The position numbers and the translations under genes are program-made. From positions 21,107-85,106 of the forward strand of contig JAQGMS010000008.1 in assembly GCA_028292245.1 (NCBI GenBank): a stretch of 64,000 nt of DNA. Reading direction: 5' to 3'. The notes under the pieces were generated by a model. It did not search any database. It was not told where the DNA came from and saw nothing but the letters and a program-made list of their open reading frames with translations. Below, piece after piece: positions 54,981 through 64,000 of the stretch. Each line of letters starts with the position of its first letter. The first letter of the stretch is position 1. This DNA comes from Ramlibacter sp. GTDB lineage: Bacteria; Pseudomonadota; Gammaproteobacteria; Burkholderiales; Burkholderiaceae_C.

Positions 54981-56207
54981 ATGCAGACCAACCTCGCCCC
55001 TGAATTCAAGAACACGCTCGAAGGCCGGGAAGCCGAGGCGATCCTGCGCAAGTGCGTGCACTGCGGGTTTTGCACCGCGACCTGCCCCACCTATCAGGTA
55101 TTGGGCGACGAGCTCGATGGGCCGCGCGGCCGCATCTACCTGATCAAGCAGGTCCTGGAAGGCGAAGCGCCGACGCGCAAGACCCAATTGCACCTGGACC
55201 GGTGCCTGACCTGCCGCAACTGCGAGAGCACCTGCCCGAGCGGGGTGGAGTATGGCCACCTGGTCGACATCGGCCGCCGCATCGTCGACGAGAAAGTGCC
55301 GCGCGGCGCCGGTTCCAAGGCGCTGCGTTGGGCCTTGAAGGAAGGCCTGCCCTCACCGCTGTTCGGCCCGGCGATGAAATTGGGCCAGGCCCTGCGCGGC
55401 ATCCTGCCTTCCGCGCTGAAAGCCAAGGTGCCACCGAAACAGGACGCCGGCGCCTGGCCGACGCGCGAGCATGCGCGCAAGATGCTGCTGCTGGCCGGTT
55501 GCGTGCAGCCGTCGATGATGCCGAACATCAATGCCGCGACCGCGCGCGTGCTCGACGCGGCCGGCATCCAGACCCTGATCGCGGCGCAGGCGGGTTGCTG
55601 TGGCGCCGTCAAGTTCCACCTGAACGACCAGGAAGGCGGCAAGGCGCAGATGCGCGCCAACATCGACGCCTGGTGGCCCGATGTCGCGAGCGGCCGCATC
55701 GAGGCGATCGTGATGAATGCCTCGGGCTGCGGCGTCACCGTGAAGGAATACGGGCACATCCTGCAACACGATGCGGCCTATGCCGCCAAGGCGCGGCGCA
55801 TCAGCGAACTCACGTGCGACTTGAGTGAACTGCTGCCCGAACTGGCCATGGCACTGCGCTCCAAGGTGACCGCCGCGCCGGGTCTGTTGGCATTCCATCC
55901 GCCTTGCACGCTGCAGCACGGCCAGCAACTGCGCGGCGGGGTCGAACGACACCTGGGCGAACTCGGCTTCACCGTGCGGGTGGCGACGAACGAGCCGCAC
56001 CTGTGCTGCGGTTCGGCGGGCACCTACTCCGTCCTGCATCCCGAAATTGCGCACGAGCTGCGCGACCGCAAGCTCGGCCACCTGGGCGAGTTGCAGCCGC
56101 ACACCATCGTTTCAGCCAACATCGGCTGCATCACCCACCTGCAAAGCGGGACTGCGACGCCGGTCAGGCACTGGGTGGAAATCCTGGACGCGGCACTGGG
56201 CTCCTGA
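54981..56207 (+). CDS. glcF: Glycolate oxidase Fe-S subunit
   Basis: CVHCGFC...CP, CLTCRNC...CP, two CCG domains. Confidence 0.95.
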   Translation: MQTNLAPEFKNTLEGREAEAILRKCVHCGFCTATCPTYQVLGDELDGPRGRIYLIKQVLEGEAPTRKTQLHLDRCLTCRNCESTCPSGVEYGHLVDIGRRIVDEKVPRGAGSKALRWALKEGLPSPLFGPAMKLGQALRGILPSALKAKVPPKQDAGAWPTREHARKMLLLAGCVQPSMMPNINAATARVLDAAGIQTLIAAQAGCCGAVKFHLNDQEGGKAQMRANIDAWWPDVASGRIEAIVMNASGCGVTVKEYGHILQHDAAYAAKARRISELTCDLSELLPELAMALRSKVTAAPGLLAFHPPCTLQHGQQLRGGVERHLGELGFTVRVATNEPHLCCGSAGTYSVLHPEIAHELRDRKLGHLGELQPHTIVSANIGCITHLQSGTATPVRHWVEILDAALGS

Positions 56208-56249
56208 CATACCCTTGTCAGGAGGCTCGCCGCACAGTAACGTCCCTCC

Positions 56250-56954
56250 ATGCGCCGCGCCGACCGCCTCTTTCACATCATCCAGCTGATCCGCGGACGG
56301 CGCCTGACCACGGCGGCGTACATGGCCGAACGGCTCGAAGTATCCGAGCGCACCATCTACCGCGACGTCGCCGACCTGCAGCACCAGGGCGTGCCGATCG
56401 AAGGCGAGGCCGGGGTCGGCTATCGGCTGGGCGCGGGCTTCGACCTGCCGCCGATGATGTTCACGCAGGACGAGGCCAAGGCCCTGGTCGCGTCCGTGCG
56501 AATGGCGCAGGTCTGGCTCGACCCGGTGCTGGCGCAGGGCGCGCAGGACGCGCTGGGCAAAATCCTTTCGGTGCTGCCGGCCGATGCGCGCGTCGCCGCC
56601 GAGGCGCTGGCGGTCTACGCGCCGCAAGGCGGCCTGCCGCAAGCCGCGCAACGCACCTTGCAGACGCTGCGCGAAGCGGTCCACGAGCGCTGCAAGGTCT
56701 TCATCAATTATCGCGACCTGGCCGACAAGCCGAGCGAGCGGACGCTGCGGCCGCTGGGCTGCTTCTACTGGGGCAAGGTCTGGACGCTGGCGGCCTGGTG
56801 CGAGCAGCGCAATGATTTCCGCAGCTTCCGGGTCGACCGCGTCACTTATGTGCGGCGGCTGGAGGAGCGCTTTCGCGACGAACCGGGGCGCACGCTGGCC
56901 GACCTGGCTCGCTTGAACGAAGCCAACGCCCGCGAGCAGGGCTGGGCCAACTGA
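56250..56954 (+). CDS. YafY-like HTH + WYL regulator
   Basis: LEVSERTIYRD; WTLAAWC..R.DFRSFRVDR. Confidence 0.92.
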   Translation: MRRADRLFHIIQLIRGRRLTTAAYMAERLEVSERTIYRDVADLQHQGVPIEGEAGVGYRLGAGFDLPPMMFTQDEAKALVASVRMAQVWLDPVLAQGAQDALGKILSVLPADARVAAEALAVYAPQGGLPQAAQRTLQTLREAVHERCKVFINYRDLADKPSERTLRPLGCFYWGKVWTLAAWCEQRNDFRSFRVDRVTYVRRLEERFRDEPGRTLADLARLNEANAREQGWAN

Positions 56955-56962
56955 TCGCCGTC

Positions 56963-57832
56963 CTAGCGCCCTAGCGCATCCCGGTAGCGGCGGCTGCACG
57001 GCACCTGCGTGCCGTCCTTCATTCGCAGGCGCGCATCGCCGGCGTCCATCGGCTCGATCTCCGCGACGCGGTCAAGGTTCACCGCGTAGCTGCGGTGCAC
57101 GCGCGCGAACCGCGCCGGGTCGAGTTGCTCCAGGAAATCCGTCAAGGTCGCGCGCAGCAGGTAGTCGTGCCCGTTGACGTGCAGCCCGAGGTAGTTGCCC
57201 TGCGCTTGCAGCCATTCGATGTCGGCCGCCGCGATCAGGAATTCCTTGCGCAGCTTGCGGACCAGGAAGCGTTCCGGCCGCGGCGCCGGTGGCGCGGCCG
57301 GCATGCCGGCGGCCGTTTCCGCTTCGTCGAGCACTCGCGCCTCGCCTTGCAGCCGCAACAGTACCAGCCGGTAGCTGTAGACGGCGACCAGGATCAACGC
57401 ATAGCTTCGTACGTCCTTCAGGTATTCGTAGGCCAATTGGGTCGGCCAGTTGCCGAAGCTGTACGTGTGGCCCATCAAGGCGTAGGCGGGATAGCGCAAC
57501 GCCACCATCAGCCCCACATGGGCGGCACAAAAGGCCACACTGCCCGCCAGGTGCCAGCCCAGGTTGCGCGGCAGCGTGTCCCAATGCAACGGGTGGCGCC
57601 GGTCGAAGGCGACGATGGCCGGGATCAGCAGGCCCACCGCCAGGTTGCTGGACAGCTCCCACACCAGCGGCTGCCAGAACGCCACATCCCGCGCCGACCG
57701 CCCGATGTCGATCCAGGTGACGATGCTGTTGAACACCACTTGCATAGCGAGCACCAGCACCCAGAAGCCGATCTCGAAGCGGCGCCGGTAGGGCTGGTAC
57801 AGCTCCAGCCAGTTCGTGTCTTTCTCAGCCAT
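56963..57832 (-). CDS. Membrane-bound LytTR regulator
   Basis: 4 TM segments, then AQGNY, FARVHRS.AVN, SRRY. Confidence 0.88.
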   Translation of the reverse strand: MAEKDTNWLELYQPYRRRFEIGFWVLVLAMQVVFNSIVTWIDIGRSARDVAFWQPLVWELSSNLAVGLLIPAIVAFDRRHPLHWDTLPRNLGWHLAGSVAFCAAHVGLMVALRYPAYALMGHTYSFGNWPTQLAYEYLKDVRSYALILVAVYSYRLVLLRLQGEARVLDEAETAAGMPAAPPAPRPERFLVRKLRKEFLIAAADIEWLQAQGNYLGLHVNGHDYLLRATLTDFLEQLDPARFARVHRSYAVNLDRVAEIEPMDAGDARLRMKDGTQVPCSRRYRDALGR

Positions 57833-59074
57833 GGCCGCAAGTCTAGGGGCGCGGGGCGGAATTTCGTCCCTGGCTCCCGCCGCTCGTCACAAAAGCCACG
57901 GGGCCGGTCCCAGCAGCCGCGCTTCCCGCCCGCGCCAAGCCAAGAATCGCCGCTGCTGAAAGGAACCTCATGAACCGCCGACACGACATCGATGCACTGC
58001 GCGCCCTGGCCTTCGCGCTTGTCATCCTCTACCACGTGGCCATGTACTACGTCGCCGGCTGGGACTGGCACCTGAAGAGCCCGTATGCGGCCGACTGGCT
58101 GCAGTGGCCGATGCGCGCGCTCAACCTGTGGCGCATGGACCTGGTGTTCCTGATCTCGGGGGTGGCCATCGGCTTCCTGCGCCGCGGCCAGACGGCGGGC
58201 AGTCTGCTGGGGCAGCGCAGCCTGCGGCTGCTGGTGCCGCTGGCGCTCGGCATGGCGGTGGTCGTGCCCTTCCAGCCGTACGCGCAGGCCGTGGCCAACG
58301 GCTCGATCGAACCAGGCTTCGGCGACTTCCTGCCGCGCTACTTCAGCGGCGGCCCCTGGCCGCGCGGCGCCTTCGACGGCTGGGATTTCGGTGTGACCTG
58401 GAACCACCTCTGGTACCTGCCGTACCTGTGGGCCTACACGACGCTGCTGGTCCTGCTGCTGCCGGTGCTGGATTCGGCTGCGGGCCAACGCGTGCGCCGC
58501 GCCTTCACCGGCCTGCGAGGTGTGCGGCTCCTGATCGTGCCGGCCATCCCGCTGATGCTGTATTCGCTCACGCTGTGGTCCCGGTTCCCGCCCAAGCACG
58601 ACCTGATCCACGACGGCTGGCTGCACGCGGTCTACTTCACGCTCTTCCTCTATGGCTTCTGGATCGGCGTGGACGCAGGCTTCTGGGCCGAGGCGAGCCG
58701 GCTGGCGCGCAGGTCGCTGGCTCTCGCGGCGGGACTGCTCGCGTTGTACTTCGCGGTTCGCTACATGGGAATGCCGGGAGTGTTGGTGCGGCTGACGGCG
58801 GACCTCTACCTCTGGTCCACGGTCCTGTGCATCCTGGGCTGGGCGCACCTCAAGCTGAACCGGCCCTGGCGCTGGCTGCCGTGGGCGAACGAATCGGTCT
58901 ATCCCTGGTACGTGCTGCACCAGACCGTCATCATCGTGCTGATCTGGTGGCTGGCGCCGCTGGAGTTGGGGCCGGTCGTCGAGCCCGCGCTGCTGGTGGC
59001 CGGCACGGTGCTGGGTTGCTGGGGCATCACCAGCGTGGTTCGGCGCAGCAGCTGGCTGCGCCCGCTGCTCGGCC

Positions 59075-59557
<483 letters not shown>

Positions 59558-59561
59558 GGCC

Positions 59562-60470
59562 TCATTGTGCGCCAAGCGCCGCCGGCAGCGAGCCGCGCGC
59601 GGGCCAGGCCGACCAGACGGCGGCCGCCAGGATCAACGCGCCGCCCAGCAGCGTGCGGACGGTCAATTCCGCGGCGCCCAGCGCCACCGAAGAGAGGCTG
59701 GCGAACACCACTTCCGACAGCATGATCAGGGCCGCTGCATGTGCGTCGATGCGCGATGCGCCGTATTGCAGCGCCACGTTGCTGGCCAGAAAACCCAGAC
59801 TCAGGGCCAGCCCCACACCGGCCCAGGCTGCCTGCGGCCCAGGCGGCGCGGCCACGAAACCGAACGCCACGCCCAGCACGCCGGCGGCCGCAGCCAGTCC
59901 GGCGCCGCCGCCGAACATCGCCAGGATGCGCGCTTCCGCAGTGGCGTTGCGCAGCTTGCGCAACAGAATGTTGGTCAGCGCGAAACTGAAACCGCCGGCC
60001 AGCGCCAGCCAGTCCGAAGTCGTCTCGGGCACCGGCCACGCCGCGCCATCTGTCTTGAGCACGATCACCACGCCGGCCAGCGCCAGTGCCAGCCGCAACA
60101 ATCCTGCCGGCGTGGGGCGCTCGCCGAGCATCGGCCAGGCCAGCACCACGGTCCACGCGGGCATCAGGTAAAACAGCAACACCACCCGCACCACATCGCC
60201 TTCGGTCACCGCCCAGTTGAAGCCGACATTGGTCAGGCCCGCGGCGGCGAGCAAGACCCACAGCAGTGGCTCGCGACGGAAGTCTTGCCAGGCCCGCGGC
60301 CGCCAGGCCAGCAGCAAGGCCATCGACACCAGGTAGACCAGCGCCGTCGCCCAAAGGGGATGCAGGCCATGGTTCTGCAGTTCACGGAACGGCCACCACG
60401 ACACCCCCCACACGAAGGCGTTGAGCACCAGCGCCAGCGCCGGCAACAGGGCGACCTGCGCCTTAGCCAT
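59562..60470 (-). CDS. DMT/EamA transporter
   Basis: About 10 TM segments, EamA duplication. Confidence 0.85.
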   Translation of the reverse strand: MAKAQVALLPALALVLNAFVWGVSWWPFRELQNHGLHPLWATALVYLVSMALLLAWRPRAWQDFRREPLLWVLLAAAGLTNVGFNWAVTEGDVVRVVLLFYLMPAWTVVLAWPMLGERPTPAGLLRLALALAGVVIVLKTDGAAWPVPETTSDWLALAGGFSFALTNILLRKLRNATAEARILAMFGGGAGLAAAAGVLGVAFGFVAAPPGPQAAWAGVGLALSLGFLASNVALQYGASRIDAHAAALIMLSEVVFASLSSVALGAAELTVRTLLGGALILAAAVWSAWPARGSLPAALGAQ

Positions 60471-61746
60471 GCACGTTGTCGTGGCGGGCGATTTCCAGCA
60501 GGTGCTCGACTTCCTCGCGGTACTTCACGCAATTACTGCGGTGCCAGCGATAGATCAGCCACATCACCGACGCCACGATCACGCCGAAGACGGTGATGGC
60601 GCTGAACGCCGACAGGCCCATGCCCGCCGACAGGCTGTAGAAGGCGCCCAGGCCCAGGATGCAGGCCTGCTCGTTGAAGTTCTGCACCGCGATCGAACGG
60701 CCCGCGCCCATCAGGTTATGGCCCCGGTGCTGCAGCAGCGCGTTCATCGGCACCACCATGAAGCCGGCGATCGCGCCCATCAGGATGAGGAACGGCGCGG
60801 CCACCCAGACGTTGCCGATGAAATTCATCAGGATCATCAGCAGGCCCATCGCGATGCCCAACGGCATCACACCGGTGGCCATGTCCAGCTTCATGCGCAG
60901 CGATGCGACGGCCGCGCCCACTGCGGTGCCCAGCGCCACCACGCCCGAGAGCGACGAGGCCTGCGTCGTGCTGTAGCTCAACGCGGCCGCGCTCCAGGCC
61001 AGGATGATGTAGCGCAGGTTGCCGCTCACGCCCCAGATCAGCGTGGTGGTGGCCAGCGAGATCTGGCCCAGCTTGTCGCGCCAGAGCCGCGAATTGCAGG
61101 TCCAGAAGTCGGGCACCAGCTCCAGCGGGTTCTTGGGCATCGGCCGCATCTCGACGCCGGTGTGCGGGATGCGCGTGTTGAACCAGGCGGCCAGCATGTA
61201 GATGAAGATCAGCACGAAGATGGCGGCTTCCGGCGGCGTGTCGATGCCGGTGTCGATCAGCGGGAAATCGAACGCCAGCATCCGGCTGGCCACGGCATGG
61301 CCGACCAGCTGGCCGCCCAGCAGGATGCCCAGGATGATGGAGGCGATGGTCAAGCCCTCGATCCATCCGTTGGCCTTGACCAATTGGGAGGCCGGCAGCA
61401 GTTCGGTGAGGATGCCGTACTTCGCCGGCGAGTACGCGGCGGCGCCCAGGCCGACCACGGCGTAGGCCATCAGCGGATGGGTGCCGAACAGCATCAGCAG
61501 GCAGCCGACCACCTTGATCGCGTTGCTCGCGAACATAACCTTGCCCTTGGGCATCGCGTCGGCCAAGGCGCCCACGAACGGCGCCAGCACCACATAGAAC
61601 AGCGCGAACATCGGCACCAGCGCGGCGCGCTGCCACTCGGCCGAACCGTTCGACTTGAGCAGTTCCACCGCGGCCACGAACAAAGCGTTGTCGGCCAGCG
61701 ACGAGAAGAACTGGGCCGACATGATGGTGTAGAAACCGCGCTTCAT
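60463..61746 (-). CDS. lplT: Lysophospholipid transporter (MFS)
   Basis: AQFFSSLADNAL, YSPAKYGILTE, LVKANGWIEG. Confidence 0.9.
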   Translation of the reverse strand: MKRGFYTIMSAQFFSSLADNALFVAAVELLKSNGSAEWQRAALVPMFALFYVVLAPFVGALADAMPKGKVMFASNAIKVVGCLLMLFGTHPLMAYAVVGLGAAAYSPAKYGILTELLPASQLVKANGWIEGLTIASIILGILLGGQLVGHAVASRMLAFDFPLIDTGIDTPPEAAIFVLIFIYMLAAWFNTRIPHTGVEMRPMPKNPLELVPDFWTCNSRLWRDKLGQISLATTTLIWGVSGNLRYIILAWSAAALSYSTTQASSLSGVVALGTAVGAAVASLRMKLDMATGVMPLGIAMGLLMILMNFIGNVWVAAPFLILMGAIAGFMVVPMNALLQHRGHNLMGAGRSIAVQNFNEQACILGLGAFYSLSAGMGLSAFSAITVFGVIVASVMWLIYRWHRSNCVKYREEVEHLLEIARHDNVHG

Positions 61747-61850
61747 TGGCTGGGCTGTGGCGCATCAGCCGTGCTGATGGGCGGTAATTTTTGAGACTGT
61801 CTCCAAGCGACAAGGGGTTATATCACGCGGGGTAATGACAAAATCGCGCT

Positions 61851-62945
61851 ATGCCACGCCCCATCCAGGCCACCATTCACACCGAGGCGCTGCGCCGCAA
61901 TCTCGCGCGCATGCGGCAGGCCGCGCCCGACGCCAAAGTGTGGGGCGTCGTCAAGGCCAACGCCTACGGTCATGGCATCGAGCGGGTATGGGAAGGCTTG
62001 CGCGGCGCCGACGGCTTCGCGCTGCTGGACCTGCAGGAAGCCGAGCGGGTGCGCGCACTGGGCTGGCGCGGCCCGATCCTGTTGCTCGAGGGCGTGTTCG
62101 AAGCGCGCGACCTCGAGCTGTGCTCGCGCCTGGGCCTGTGGCACACCGTGCATTGCGATGCGCAGATCGACATGCTCGCCATGCACAAGACGCACCAGCC
62201 GCACCGCGTGTTCCTGAAGATGAACTCGGGGATGAACCGGCTGGGTTTCGCGCCGCAGCGTTTTCGCGCCGCGTGGACGCGGCTGGATGCGCTGCCGCAG
62301 GTCGACGAGATTTCGCTGATGACCCACTTCAGCGACGCCGATGGACCCAAGGGCATCGCCCGGCAGGTCGAGGTGTTCGAGGACATCACGGGCGACCTGC
62401 CGGGCGAGCGCACGCTGTCCAACAGCGCGGCCAGCCTGCGCTTCGGCGCGGATGCGGCGGTGCGCGCCGACTGGATCCGCCCCGGCATCGCGGTGTACGG
62501 CGGCGCGCCCGATTTTCCCGATCACGGCGCGGCCCACTGGGGCCTGCAGCCCGCGATGACGCTGGCCGCGCGCGTCATCGGAGTGCAACAGCTGGCCGCC
62601 GGCGATACCGTCGGCTACGGCTCCAGCTTCACCGCCGACACGCCGCTTCGCATCGGCGTGGTGGCCTGCGGCTATGCCGACGGTTACCCGCGCCACTGCA
62701 GTACCGGCACGCCGGTGCTGGTCGACGGAGCGCGCGCGCGCATCGTCGGGCGCGTCAGCATGGACATGTTGACGGTGGACTTGACGCCGCTGCCGCAGGC
62801 CGGCCTGGGCAGCGAAGTCACGCTGTGGGGCCGCGCCGGCAACGGCACAGTGCTGTCGATCGACGAGCCCGCGCATGCCGGCGGGACGGTGGGCTATGAG
62901 CTGATGTGCGCGCTGGCGCAGCGGGTGCCGGTCGCCGTCGACTGA
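61851..62945 (+). CDS. alr: Alanine racemase
   Basis: [31 protein letters not shown]. Confidence 0.95.
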   Translation: MPRPIQATIHTEALRRNLARMRQAAPDAKVWGVVKANAYGHGIERVWEGLRGADGFALLDLQEAERVRALGWRGPILLLEGVFEARDLELCSRLGLWHTVHCDAQIDMLAMHKTHQPHRVFLKMNSGMNRLGFAPQRFRAAWTRLDALPQVDEISLMTHFSDADGPKGIARQVEVFEDITGDLPGERTLSNSAASLRFGADAAVRADWIRPGIAVYGGAPDFPDHGAAHWGLQPAMTLAARVIGVQQLAAGDTVGYGSSFTADTPLRIGVVACGYADGYPRHCSTGTPVLVDGARARIVGRVSMDMLTVDLTPLPQAGLGSEVTLWGRAGNGTVLSIDEPAHAGGTVGYELMCALAQRVPVAVD

Positions 62946-62953
62946 GCCGCGCG

Positions 62954-63858
62954 TCAGCGCTTGCGCATCCCCAGCACCATCACCGCGCCCACCACGATCA
63001 GCGCGCCGCCCACCTGAATGGGCGCGATCGCCTGGCCCAGGATCAGCCAGGCCAGCACCAGCGCGAACACCGGCTCCACGTTCATGATCGCCGAGTTGCC
63101 GACCACGCCGAGCTTGGGCAGCACGGTGAACATGATGGAGAAGGCGGTGCCGTACAGGAACGTGAGAGCCGCCAGGCCCCACCAGCCGGGCGGCGCCGTC
63201 GGCAAGTGGAAGCCGCCTTGCAGTGCCACCGTGGCCAGCGCCACCAGGCCCGCGATCGTCATGGTCGTCGCGGTGCGCACGCGGCCATCGACGTCGCCGG
63301 CTTCGTGCTGGGTGATGACCAGGGCCAGGCCGAAGGTGCCGGCCGCCGCCAGCGCGAAGGCGACCCCGGCGCCGATGCGCGCCCACTGGCCGGCGGCGCC
63401 CAGGCCCGAAGCGGCGCCGAACACGTCGAGCGCCAGCGCCAGGCCCAGCAGGATGACCGGCATCGCGATCAGCATCGCCCTTTCCGGCCGCTGCTTGTAG
63501 ACCAGGCGCGACCACAGCGCGGTCCAGATCGGGTAGGTGTTGAATGCCAGCAGCGCCAGCGCCACCGGCAGCCGAGCGACTGCGGAATAGAGGCACAGGC
63601 TCTGGACGCCGATCAGCAGGCCGATGGCCGGCAGCATGCGCTTGTGGCGCGCCGTGAAGCGCGCCCGCACGCCCTGCAGGCCGAGCAGCACGACGATGAC
63701 AAGCGCGGTGACGCTGCTTCGGAACACCACGGCCGTCGCGACGTCCACGCCATTGTTGAAGGCGATGCGCGCCGCCACGTGGTTCGCGCCCATCATCAGC
63801 GCGATCAGCAGCAGCGTGGCGAATGCGGTTCCGCTGATCGCCTTGGTGGCCGGCGTCA

Positions 63859-63859
<1 letters not shown>
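62954..63859 (-). CDS. DMT/EamA transporter
   Basis: About 10 TM segments; NVEPVFA. Confidence 0.85.

Positions 63860-64000
<141 letters not shown>

Noticed and set aside
53874-56207. glcEF without an adjacent glcD
   Set aside because: glcD may lie elsewhere in the genome; no sign of disruption here.

Overview
Betaproteobacterial (Burkholderiales-like) DNA in two parts. Bases ~47192-64000 are high-GC core chromosome: comM 5' part, TorF-like porin-glnK-amtB, glcEF, a WYL regulator, lplT, alr and a partial DAHP synthase. Bases 1-47191 are the right part of a visibly lower-GC integrated element of at least 47 kb. It sits in comM, which is cut at AMNP|C, next to a large serine recombinase. Its backbone is unusual: two serine recombinases, a pair of small paralogous proteins, a P-loop putative helicase followed by DnaA-box-like sites, a degenerate RuvC-like protein, DUF2958, RadC, and two divergent VirD4/TraD-like ATPases, one fused to a nuclease-like domain. 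No relaxase or mating-pair genes are seen in the window. The best candidate for an undescribed system is in the cargo. It is an 11-gene T2SS/type-IV-pilus-like operon transcribed divergently from an Rhs/YD toxin split into two signal-peptide-bearing halves. The halves carry LamG and Ig-like domains and are followed by a 70-aa Cys-rich tip and a putative immunity gene. Other cargo of note: a membrane protein + HEXXH protein pair, and a repeat-flanked cassette of a diiron oxidase, a DUF2000 protein and a regulator. All family assignments are by motif recognition; no database search was run.
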